62,234 nucleotides of DNA from Octopus bimaculoides (taxonomy: Eukaryota): contig NC_068983.1 in assembly GCF_001194135.2 (NCBI RefSeq), forward strand, positions 30,372,140-30,434,373, read 5' to 3'. Each line of letters begins with the position of its first letter. Position 1 is the first letter of the stretch. Shown piece after piece: positions 50,844 to 62,234 of the stretch. Position numbers and translations under genes: made by a program. The notes under the pieces were generated by a model. The model ran no database searches. It had not been told where the DNA came from and was given only the letters and a program-made list of their open reading frames with translations.

Positions 50844-51655
50844 TAGTCTCTATTTTAATAATTTTCTACAGTTGCTTAAGATCTTAGGGTCAGGATCCCA
50901 CGTTACAGTTTCTGAAGTTGTTAAGTCTCATAGTCATTTGATAATGTTACTGCTGCTTTAAAAATTAGGTCCCAGAGTGATTTGTCACAGTAGTTTAAGA
51001 TCTAAAGTTTCAAAGACATATATCACATTCGCTTAAGTTTTAAGCAATCAACGTTAAAAATGCTTAAGATCTAGGGCCTCAGTATCATATATTGCTTTTG
51101 TCTCTAGCTAAAGAAATATATAACCCTGACAATCTAACATAGTCAAAGTTACTTAAGATATTAGTAGAGATAAATATTACCTTTTGGTATTAATACTGCT
51201 TCTGTCGCTATTAATTAAATTTTTAATAAGCTCCACAAGCTGTTTGTGACACCCATGACTGAATAGCTAGAGATTCTATTGTATACTGCTGATAAGGGAA
51301 TTGCTGCTGTCTCTAGCCCCGGGCGTTTGCCATTGATAAGGCCAAAGAAGGCCGAAATCACGTCATCTGACAGTCCTGGCGGCAATAGCGGACGATTATC
51401 TCCCCTAGCGATATAAACACGAGCGCTTATGCACCACAGGTCCATATGAGAGGTCGTCTTATGGTAAATAACGCAGTATTCTGTGTTCTAACAAAAATCC
51501 ACTTTTATATGGGGATAAATATCACTTTTTGGTATTAATATTGCACCTGTCGCTATTAATCATTTTTTAAGATATCAAATTTTACGGTTGTATATTTCCA
51601 ATCTTTTATGATCATAGGTTCTAGGAAAACTGTCAAAATTATTTTCGGATTGTAG

Positions 51656-52335
51656 ATTGCAATGTTGTTATCAGTCCGAATATGCTTGATGCACGTTCGA
51701 GCTGGGGAACAAGCTACTCAGTGCGTTTTGTCACGGTGACTTTATCTCGCTTGTTGACAAATGGTGCATATACACCTAGATCAGCTCACAGAGCCATTTA
51801 CCTAGACTGTGAGACGTTAACATTTCGGAGTAGTTTACCTAGACTGTGAGACGTTAACATTACGGTGACTGGCAGCGTTATACGGCGGCTCACCGCAAGT
51901 AAATTAAGAAGAGAGAGCGCTAAACAGTGATAAGTGAAATTGAAATGTTATCAGTCCAAATATGAAATTTCACTTATCACTGCTTAGCGCTCTCCCTCCC
52001 TAATTTACTTACGGTGAGCCGCCGTATAGCACTGCCAGTCATTGTCCGATGACTGGAAAAGCATAAGAGAGGTAATCTCTTAATTCAGCTCGCAGTGCTG
52101 TCTGCTTAGCATCTGTGATCGATGAGGAGACAACTACTCCGAAATGTTAATATCTCACAGTCTAGGTAGGTGGCGCTGCGAGCTGATCTAGGTGTATACG
52201 TAACATTTGTCAACCAGCGAGACAAAACGCAGTGAGTAGCTTGTTCCCCAGTAGTAAGTAGCTTGTTCGAACGTGATTCAAGCATATTCGGATTTATAAT
52301 AGTATTGCAATTTCACTTATCAGTGCTTAGCGTTC
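51656..52335. repeat. Nested inverted repeat (foldback-like)
   Basis: Outer arms about 51656-51830 and 52130-52311; inner arms 51866-51941 and 51966-52041. Confidence 0.85.
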
Positions 52336-52374
52336 CCCTTCCGTAATCTGATTGTAGAATTGATATTTTTGTGT

Positions 52375-52710
52375 TCTTACGTGAGCACATTAAGGGGAAG
52401 AAAAGACTCGGCAAAGTGATTTGCACAGACCTGGAGGTTGACACAATATGAGTGATAAGAGAAGGAGTGGGACAGGTGAGCCTGAGGAACCTGGATGTGA
52501 GTGACACGAGATCAGTCAGCTCTGAGGAGTAGAGGGCAACAGTAGAAACAGCATAAAAATTAGAGTGAAGAATCAGTATGATTGTAGGCGAGAAATGGCG
52601 TGTTTTAGCGAGTGATTTCTTGTAAATCAATCGGATGACCTTGTTTTGGATGTAGTCTAAGATGTCTGCGTTGAAGTAGCAGATGTTATAGTTGTCCATT
52701 GTTGCACTCT
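52375..52710 (-). mobile_element. CR1-like LINE 3' fragment
   Basis: ILDYIQNKVIRLI...YSSELTDLVSL...SLFFP resembles the CR1 C-terminal LD.IQ.KA..LI...CSSEL..LVP...SFFP. Confidence 0.65.
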
Positions 52711-53182
52711 TTTCAGTAGCGTATTCCTACAACAAACTTATTCAGTTTTCAGTTGTTCATGAGTAATAACTATCATATATTCCCTACCAGTGTATTTTAG
52801 TCTGTTCCTTCCTGTTGTTAGTTAGTTAATTCCCGGTAGAATAGGTCGTTCATCAAAGGTGTTTCAGTCATTATCATACCGCCTTTTGTTTTCAAACGCT
52901 AATAATTTCAAGATTCCACGGTATATTGTTACAGATGCTACATATACTTTGTCAGTAGATTTTAGTGAATTAAAGCCTGCTTTAAACTGACTTATCTCTT
53001 GGTTTATTCTTACTTCACACGTATATTTGTCTCCTACATTTTTACAGCTAATGGAGTCATCTTACATTCTTCTACATACATACATACATACATACATACA
53101 TACATACATACATACAGTCTCTTAGTTAGCGACCAGCTTGAACTCTCTCAAAAAGAACTTAAATAAAACTCAAAGAAAATCG

Positions 53183-53407
53183 CATAGGAGTGGCTGTGTG
53201 GTAAGTAGCTTGCTTACCAACCATAAGATTCCGGGTTCAGTCCCACTGTGTGGCACCTTGGGCAAGTGTCTTCTACTATAGCTTCAGGCCGACCAAAGCC
53301 TTGTGAGTGGATTTGGTAGACGGAAACTGAAAGAAGCCCGTCGTATGTATGTATGTATGTATGTATGTATGTATGTATGTATGTATGTATGTATGTGTGT
53401 GTGTGTA

Positions 53408-53492
<85 letters not shown>

Positions 53493-53575
53493 CTGTGTTT
53501 GTCCCTCCAACATCGCTTGACAACTGATGCTGGTGTGTTTACGTCCCCGTAACTTAGCGGTTCGGCAAAAGAGAC
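53183..53575 (+). mobile_element. SINE family A, from the head through the internal microsatellite (3' end truncated)
   Basis: cataggagtggctgtgtggtaag...ggttcagtcccactg..., then (TATG)n(TA)n(TG)n, then ccaacatcgcttgacaac...ggttcggcaaaagagac. Confidence 0.9.
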
Positions 53576-54064
53576 GAGGCGTGACAGTGATTTTAAAATT
53601 TCGGTCTGCTAGCTTTCCTTGAATTGTATGCATACACACACATGTCATATGTATGTGTATGCGTTTTGTGTGTATATGTATGTGTGCGTGTGTGTGCGTG
53701 TGTGTATGTGTGTGTGTATTGTCGGATAAAATTTTTTGAAAAAATTTGGATTCTATATCTTGGAGGGTAAGGGACCGCGTTGAGCCAACAGTTTTGGTTC
53801 GATACCAGTACAGATCATTAATCTTGGTCCACTAACGGATATACGTTGCAGGTATTCTCAGCATTGCTAGTAAAGAAATAGGAAACTCTTCCCCGACAAA
53901 TCTTAGACGACAGCTAATTAGAATGAACTCCATGGAATGTATTCTGTTAGGCGAGCAGCCAGCGGTTGGAAGAAGGAGAAAAAAAAAACTAAGCTAATGA
54001 TTGTAACCTAAGTTTACATCTCTCAAAGCGCTCAGAAGGCACATATATACATGTCTACGTAAAT

Positions 54065-54113
<49 letters not shown>

Positions 54114-54432
54114 CACGAACATATGCACACATACATATTTGTTACACACACCTCATGAACGTATACTGTTTATGATTAATATATTTTTTGCGATATCATT
54201 ATCTTTCTAGCGTTGTTAATTCTTTGTTTGTTATCTTTAGCCCCACTCCTGTGTCGAATATTAAACGATAAAAAGAAGTAATTTTGGTGGGGTAAANNNN
54301 NNNNNNNNNNNNNNNNNNNNNNNNNNNNNNNNNNNNNNNNNNNNNNNNNNNNNNNNNNNNNNNNNNNNNNNNNNNNNNNNNNNNNNNNNNNNNNNNNNNN
54401 NNNNNNNNNNNNNNNNNNNNNNNNNNNNNNNN

Positions 54433-54476
<44 letters not shown>

Positions 54477-55061
54477 GACAAATGCACGCACACGCATAAC
54501 ATACACGCGCACATTAATCCTTTGATATACATGGTAAATTCAAAACTAAAAGAATCAAAGTGTTTAATTAGGAAAAATATCAGGGACTCTTGGGAAATTT
54601 TTGTGGCATCTTGGTGAAGATCGTTATCTTCAGACAAGCCAGACTGGAACTTCCGCTTGCTCATGCACCCGATCCAACCCTTACTTCTTCATCTCCAATG
54701 CGATAACTACGTGATCCCCAAATACACTGTCCATTCCCATCGCACTTCTAATCTGCAAAAACCGGATTTATACCTTGCGTGTCGTCATATATCGCTACGA
54801 CCAGTTACCCTCTGAGTGATGATCCCTTACGTGTACATGTGTTAGATGTCTGCAATAGTGCACCTGACATTTTGATATCTGTGATCTGCAATTTCCAGTT
54901 CATTCTCTATCCATCATCCCATCCCACACTCCCATCTTTGGAGTTAACAAAAACTATAGTGGCGACTTGATGTCTCAATGAACAACGGTCCATTTTCCAA
55001 CAAGAAACAACGAGCATCTGCTATTTAGAAAACTCGTCTTCAATTCCTCTAATCTTGACCC

Positions 55062-55171
55062 CTATCCCATTCCCTCCTAAAAAAGATGTTTTATATGACA
55101 CATTCTACCAGTGTTCCAAGTTTCAAAGTGTTTCGTTAATGAAAAATGTGGCCCCCGTTTTAAAAAAGATC

Positions 55172-55172
<1 letters not shown>
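55062..55172 (-). mobile_element. Reverse-orientation end of the element family at 29126
   Basis: Reverse complement ggatcttttttaaaacgggggccacatttttcattaa. Confidence 0.45.
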
Positions 55173-55246
<74 letters not shown>

Positions 55247-55249
55247 TGT

Positions 55250-55685
55250 TAAAACATTAGAGCTGGTCGAAAAATTCACAATTTTATGGATGAAAACTGT
55301 TGCATGTCTATAAAAGCAATAAGCATGCAGTTTGGAGTTGGTACATGAAGACCTGCACACGAAGAACATGCGCAAAATTTGTGCAAAGTATGTTCCAACT
55401 TAACAGAGATGGGCATCAAAACTGTCCCTCACCCTGTGACTGTTGGTTGTTCACCAAACTGAAGTAGGTCATCAAGGACAGACGTTTTAAAGATGAAGGA
55501 GGCTGTAACAATAGTCCGGGACATCTTCACTTTAGAGGACTTCCATGGGGCTTTCAGAAAGTGGCAGAGAGCGTTACAAGTGCATTGAAGTCAGTGGATC
55601 CTATTTTGAAAGAGATTAGAGTTTTATACCGCTTTGAAATTAATAAATGTCTTTTCTGAAAAAGTCCCCAAATTTCTGGAATGTT
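55250..55685 (+). pseudogene. Internally deleted mariner transposase remnant
   Basis: NMRKICAKYVP (WVP-like motif), GIKTVPHP, EDFHGAFRKW and KCIEVSGSYFE, followed by a TIR-like end. Confidence 0.75.
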
Positions 55686-56005
55686 CCTTGTATCAACGTG
55701 TTTGCTTCCACAGTAAGGAGATGAATATAAGTAGGTGACCGTTAAACAAATAAACGAGTAAAATCGAAGAAAAATGAAAATGAGTGGAAGGATGAGGTGC
55801 ATATCATATTGCCGTGACTAGCAAACAGGGAAAGTGTGAAGTAAGAAAAGAAATAGGACCATCCTAATATACTGATAAGTAACAACGGAAAATAAGGAAA
55901 TCGTTTTGGAACTTTCAGTTTTATAATAACTTCCAATAACTCAAATGCTGATATTTTACTATTTAGTATAAAGTGCGAAGACTTTCAAGCAAAGTTTCGG
56001 ATGGA

Positions 56006-56083
<78 letters not shown>

Positions 56084-56805
56084 CATATATTTANNNNNNN
56101 NNNNNNNNNNNNNNNNNNNNNNNNNNNNNNNNNNNNNNNNNNNNNNNNNNNNNNNNNNNNNNNNNNNNNNNNNNNNNNNNNNNNNNNNNNNNNNNNNNNN
56201 NNNNNNNNNNNNNNNNNNNNNNNNNNNNNNNNNNNNNNNNNNNNNNNNNNNNNNNNNNNNNNNNNNNNNNNNNNNNNNNNNNNNNNNNNNNNNNNNNNNN
56301 NNNNNNNNNNNNNNNNNNNNNNNNNNNNNNNNNNNNNNNNNNNNNNNNNNNNNNNNNNNNNNNNNNNNNNNNNNNNNNNNNNNNNNNNNNNNNNNNNNNN
56401 NNNNNNNNNNNNNNNNNNNNNNNNNNNNNNNNNNNNNNNNNNNNNNNNNNNNNNNNNNNNNNNNNNNNNNNNNNNNNNNNNNNNNNNNNNNNNNNNNNNN
56501 NNNNNNNNNNNNNNNNNNNNNNNNNNNNNNNNNNNNNNNNNNNNNNNNNNNNNNNNNNNNNNNNNNNNNNNNNNNNNNNNNNNNNNNNNNNNNNNNNNNN
56601 NNNNNNNNNNNNNNNNNNNNNNNNNNNNNNNNNNNNNNNNNNNNNNNNNNNNNNNNNNNNNNNNNNNNNNNNNNNNNNNNNNNNNNNNNNNNNNNNNNNN
56701 NNNNNNNNNNNNNNNNNNNNNNNNNNNNNNNNNNNNNNNNNNNNNNNNNNNNNNNNNNNNNNNNNNNNNNNNNNNNNNNNNNNNNNNNNNNNNNNNNNNN
56801 NNNNN

Positions 56806-56876
<71 letters not shown>

Positions 56877-57029
56877 CACACATATATATAATACATACAG
56901 TATATATGTATATGACAACAAAAACAGGCGTGTCGTCTAAAACTGCTTGTCAGGTATATTTTCCTAAATAATTACGGTTTCCTTGGCTGGAAGGCACAAG
57001 ACCGTTTAACTGAAGAGTACCACTGGCTT

Positions 57030-57445
57030 CAGATTTTAGCACAAGGCCAGCAATTTAGGGAAAGTTGGAAACTGGTATTTATTTTATCGACTCCGAAAGC
57101 ATGAAAGGCAAAGTCGGCCTTAGCGGAATTTGGACTCAGAACGTAAGAACGGACGAAATGCCACTAAGCATTTTGCCCGGCGTGGCAATAATTCTGCTAG
57201 CTCGCTGCTCTCCCAGTGGGTATAAATATTGATTTCAAATTTTGGCACAAGGCTAACAATTGCAGGGGAGGGGATGAGTCGTCCTCATCAACCCCAGTGT
57301 CCAATTGGTACTTATTTTATCGACCCTAAAACGGTGAAAGGCAAAGTCGACCTTGGCGGAATTTAAACCCAGAAAGAAAAGACGGATGAAATTCCGCTAA
57401 GCATTTTGTTCTGCGCAGTAACGATTCTGCAAGGTTGCCGCCTTC
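57030..57445 (-). mobile_element. Two adjacent SINE family B copies (57030-57210 and 57228-57445)
   Basis: Both have a head, body and type-2 tail. Confidence 0.85.
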
Positions 57446-59560
57446 AATTGGCTATAAATATTAAAAAAATGACAAGAGTTCTTATGGTTTAAAACACGGA
57501 AGACAACAGCACACAGTAGAAAAATACTGACAAATTGATACAGAATATTGAAACTCAAACTTAAAAATAATATAACTTTTCTAATTCAACAGACACAAGA
57601 GAACAAATGCTATCACAAAGAAAATAGAACGTGACTTTCGATGGAATAACGCCTTAATAGAGTGAGCAATGAAAATACGACGTGTGATGTTATCCATCCA
57701 TCCATCCATCCATCCATCCATCCATCCATACATACATACATACATATATATGTTTGTTTTTATGTTATAATATAAGCAATTTTATATTAATCTGATGGGT
57801 CACTCTGTATTTTTGTAGAGTAGAAATTTATTATTCGTATACAAGAATATTATTGGTATTGACTTCGAAGTTTCAGCCAGCTAAGCCATCGTTTTGTTCT
57901 CCATGTAAATATGCCTCAACACTAACTGTGTTTATCTCCCTTATTACTTCCATAGCAGCTCGATTTGGGTTTCTCTTATATTCACTTTTGATCGTGTGGG
58001 CCCAGCCCTGGATAAGTAAGTCTGAATTTAAGTTCACGTTCTTTTGAACACTACTTTGTGTTATATATACTGCGCTTATTTTGCTCTCATCCATTCACTC
58101 ACTCACTCACTTACTCACGCACGATCATTCTCTTTCTGTATATACATATATGTATATATAATTATAAAATATGGTAATTAATCATATATTAATTAATATC
58201 GATTAATTACCAGGAGTAAATCCGAAACCGGTCCCTGTTTAATAATGTGTTTTTTTAGGTGATTTTAAATGTCTTGCTCGCTTACGTTTTGGTATGCTGC
58301 TATATTTCATGTTGAGAACAATTTAGGTCTTAATAGACACAAGATGTGATCTATTTCTAGCACATTAATTGTCCACATTAGTGGTCAACGTTATATATAA
58401 AAATATATATGTATATATAAATAGATACACACACACACACACACATACAGACACTGACACACACACACTGACACACACACACACTGACACACACACACTG
58501 ACACACACACACACTGACACACACAATACTAGCTGAGTAGCCCATTGTTGCTGGACGATTTTCACAATAGACTGCCTTTATTTCAATTTCATTTTTATTT
58601 CATGTCAGACCATGTCTTCAATGATGAATAGACCTCTTCATCAGGACGGGTTTCTGCATTATTTGAGGCAGTTTATAATGTCTTGATAAACGAATTTTTT
58701 TTTGTTTTTCCATTTGGTGCAAAGTAGTAAAGATTTTTTCTTACTTCCTACTCTTGATTATCCAATGTAAAGCTGACCATAGGTGAAACAAACATTTTTA
58801 TGGTGTTAACCGGGAACATAAAATGTTTTCCCCACCGATTTGTTGATGGTCATGGCTAAACTATGACTCACTGAAAACTTTAGTCGTTTGAAACGAAATG
58901 GGACATCGTCTCTTGAGTCTGTGCGATGAAGCCTCTCGTACGCTTATCATCACTAATCGATGCATCCTATATTCGAGGGGAGAGACAAATAGGGATCTTT
59001 TCTGTTGGTGTCACCGATTTAGAAATTTTTGAATTAAATGAAAATTTTCGAATTTGGTATTTTATGTAATTTTTGGACTGATTTTGTGATTAGTTTACTC
59101 CAGAAAAAATTTAGAAAAAATGTTACAAATGTTTAGATCATTTTTACCCACTCAGAAAACAGGATTTTGAAGTTAGCATTTTCTGCGTGATAGCTGTCTA
59201 TCACAAAACGAAAGCAAACATGAGGGCAACGAAGTCTGAAACAAAATGAAAGCGATTACATGTCATATCAAGAGAAAGAAGATGGGGCAGCAGACGTGAG
59301 AGATATACATATATAGAGAAAAGAGTGAGAGAGAGTGTGGTAGATATATATTATATATATATAGAGAGAGGTGGGATATAAATAACGGAGAGATACAGAT
59401 ATGACAGATAGAGAGAAGATTTAGCGATCTAGTAGTTGAGTTATTTCTCGTATGAAATTATATTTTTTCATTATTATCTATCAAAAGCCTCTTTGAGACG
59501 CAGATTTAGAAAATCAAATCCGTTTTTCTTGAGCACGCACCGTTTCAGAGCCTTTCGGGG

Positions 59561-59591
<31 letters not shown>

Positions 59592-59819
59592 NNNNNNNNN
59601 NNNNNNNNNNNNNNNNNNNNNNNNNNNNNNNNNNNNNNNNNNNNNNNNNNNNNNNNNNNNNNNNNNNNNNNNNNNNNNNNNNNNNNNNNNNNNNNNNNNN
59701 NNNNNNNNNNNNNNNNNNNNNNNNNNNNNNNNNNNNNNNNNNNNNNNNNNNNNNNNNNNNNNNNNNNNNNNNNNNNNNNNNNNNNNNNNNNNNNNNNNNN
59801 NNNNNNNNNNNNNNNNNNN

Positions 59820-59849
<30 letters not shown>

Positions 59850-59857
<8 letters not shown>

Positions 59858-60150
59858 ATGAGAATGTGTCTGTCTATCTGTTTGTCTGTGTGAATCCCTA
59901 AAACTTGAGAACTACACAACCAATTTCATTCAAATTTTACACATGCCTTACTTAGGGTCCATGTAGTGTGATAGGCCCAAAAAAGTTTTAGCTTCTTGCC
60001 TAGTGCGAGCCCAGAGCAATATCATATCTTTCCCACTATTTCAGTATTGTGTCAAAAGTGAAACAATAACATCTCTCTATTGTAATGTCAGAAATTTTCA
60101 CTTTAATAGTTTCACTTTCATACTGAAACTATTAAAGTGAAACTATCATC
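59850..60150 (+). mobile_element. Non-autonomous Helitron-like element, 5' part
   Basis: (TA)n-aaagatgagaatgtgtctgtctatctg...ctacacaaccaatttcattcaaattttacac layout typical of non-autonomous Helitrons; internal 19-bp palindrome. Confidence 0.5.
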
Positions 60151-60169
60151 TCATATATACAGGCATATA

Positions 60170-60290
60170 TACAGGTTGGTCTGAGGCTATAGCAGAAGAC
60201 ACATGCCAAGTCACCACACGGTGGGACTAAACCCAGGACCATGTGTTTTGGAACCAAGTTTCTTACCACACAGCCAAACCTGCACCAGAC
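60170..60290 (-). mobile_element. SINE family A head fragment
   Basis: ctatagcagaagacac...gtgggactaaaccc...cttaccacacagcc. Confidence 0.7.
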
Positions 60291-61099
60291 AGAATGCTTC
60301 ACGGCATTTCATCCGTTTTTATGTTCTTAGTTCAAATGTCAAATTTCAGGTCTTGTGCTTACATTAGAAGCAATTATTTTAAAACGGGTGATAAGCGCTC
60401 GAATTTAAATCTGCAGGTTGTCAAGTTATATATATTGACAGAATATTTTTAAGTGTGAAGGAGACTGCCTGACAGTATTTGTTCTGATACTCAGAACTTT
60501 ACGTTCAATTCCCACCGGGAACAACTTTGCTTTTTGTCTTTTCAGAGTCAATTAAAAACGTACCAATGCAGGGAAGTAGGCTGGTAGAACTTTGCAAATG
60601 TCGGACCTATGCTTTGCAGTTTTTGTCCCTACTCATTGCATTCTGAATTCAAATCATGTCGCAGTCAACTTGAGTAATAATCTTCATCCAGTTGTGGGCA
60701 TCCCTTATCATGTAGTGGGATGCATGAGATATGACTCATATGCAGGCCGCATGACTAAAAAAAAATTCGAAATAATTTTTCGTTGGCGTGCCATTCAGAA
60801 AGTCCCGCGGGCTGCAGTTTTCTCTTGACCGATTCAATCTATCATGCGGTTTAATATCATAGCCTGGTAACTTGGGTGTCTTTTGCAGAGTTCATCCTGT
60901 TACGATCCTCGGGTTACTGATATGAGGGCATTGTCTTCCTTCCTTCCCTCTCGCTGTTTTCAGAGACCTTATGAGGGATCGTGAGTACCATCTTACTCTT
61001 CAAAAAAAAAAAAAAAAAANNNNNNNNNNNNNNNNNNNNNNNNNNNNNNNNNNNNNNNNNNNNNNNNNNNNNNNNNNNNNNNNNNNNNNNNNNNNNNNN

Positions 61100-61245
61100 N
61101 NNNNNNGGGGGGGGGGGGAGGAGAAAATAAGTACCATTTAAACACTGAGGTCGATGTAATGGACCTTTTCTGTATGGCTTCCACGTTTCAAGGCAGTGCT
61201 CCAGCATGGCCGCAGTCAAATGATTGAAACAAGTAAAAGAATGAA
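61100..61245 (+). mobile_element. SINE 3' fragment: B-type body with A-type tail
   Basis: aaataagtacc...gaggtcgatgtaatggac, followed by gtgctccagcatggccgcagtcaaatgattgaaacaagtaaaaga. Confidence 0.7.
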
Positions 61246-61504
61246 AAATAAAAAGAATAAGAGAAAAAAAAAAATGAAAAGAAATGAAAATGAAAAGTAA
61301 AGAAATCTATCTAATTACATAATTTGAAGCAATTATAAGGAAGAAGATATATTATAAATATATAAATACAATATCAAATGATATAAAATAAAATTAGTTC
61401 ATCAAAATGGTAATTTATAAAGTATGACGTTGCTATTATAATTTCGTAGAGGAATATGTAAATAGCATTTCCGAGACAGAAACTAGTATTACTGAATCCT
61501 CTAA

Positions 61505-61710
61505 TTTAGGCATCAGGCCAGCAATTTTGAGGGATGATGTTAGTCGCTTTCATCAACATTAGTATTATGATTAGTATTATATTTTATCGACCTCGAAAGG
61601 ATGAAAGCAGAGTTAATCCCTGTGGAATTTGAACTTAGAACGCGAAGTGGCGAAATAAATATCACGAGGCAATTTTCCAATGCTTTAATGGTTCCGCCAG
61701 CTGTGCCTTT
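61505..61710 (-). mobile_element. Degenerate SINE family B (tail type 2)
   Basis: ggccagcaatttt...ttttatcgacctcgaaaggatgaaag...gaatttgaacttagaacg. Confidence 0.75.
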
Positions 61711-61964
61711 GGGAAGTAGGGAATCAGATATATTAAATCTTAGTAATGAGCTTTGATGTAGATATGTAATTAGAAGATTAATTTGTAGATAAAACGTAAT
61801 AAGTGGGAGGATATTATGCAAAAATAATTTGAGTGCTGGTAAATTGAAAATATATAATTAAATGATGTGAAATTAACAAATTAATTCAATGTTGGAAGAG
61901 GGTGTGTATTTATGTATTTATATGTCTTATAAATATAAAGAGAGAAACTGATATGTTATTCTTT

Positions 61965-62175
61965 TATTCTCCTTGCTTGCTTCAGTCAATGGACGGAAGC
62001 TATGCCGAGTCACAGTCTTAGGAGGTCTTAGGCAATCAGATTGACTATATTTTTTAAGGTCCAGTACTTTTTTATCCGCCTCTTTTTTCCGAACCGCTAA
62101 GTTAAGGGGATGTAAATATATAAATAAACCAACACCAGTAGTTATGCGCTGAAATACAAATACAGACACACACGC
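61965..62175 (-). mobile_element. Degenerate SINE family A, 3' half
   Basis: tcttttttccgaaccgctaagtta...ccaacaccag. Confidence 0.65.
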
Positions 62176-62234
62176 AGACAGACATACATATGCATACTTC
62201 TATACAGTGCATACATATTTATGTAAATGTGTTT

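Noticed and set aside
53851-53950. Possible exon with a GC donor (GILSIASKEIGNSSP...)
   Set aside because: Weak pyrimidine tract, non-canonical donor and no recognisable protein motif.

Overview
This is eukaryotic, AT-rich, microsatellite-laden draft-assembly DNA with about 23 N-gaps (about 7.3 kb, roughly 12% of the window). The SINE families and repeat landscape match what I recall of octopus (coleoid cephalopod) genomes; that attribution is inference, not a database result. Almost all long ORFs in the supplied track are artefacts of microsatellites or N-runs. The only well-supported host-gene sequence is one 135-nt phase 1-1 exon encoding a 6-Cys EB/EGF-like module (9176-9310, +); a candidate signal-peptide exon lies at 32535-32652. 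The rest is intron-like or intergenic DNA filled with decayed transposons: mariner, pogo and Tc1 fossils and MITEs, Tx1/L1-clade, RTE, CR1-like and R4/Dong LINE fragments, a Gypsy integrase remnant, Helitron-like and Penelope-like fragments, and four tRNA-like SINE families. I found no intact novel protein system. The most interesting signals are RNA-level: (1) a SINE subfamily, a dimeric SINE with one 15-bp TSD and an internally deleted mini-element all share the 3' tail of a Tx1-clade LINE; (2) a cluster of R4/Dong LINEs and a non-coding ~550-nt element sits in (TAA)n arrays; (3) several degenerate hammerhead-ribozyme-like cores are present. SINE family labels A-D are my own working names, and most element boundaries are approximate.
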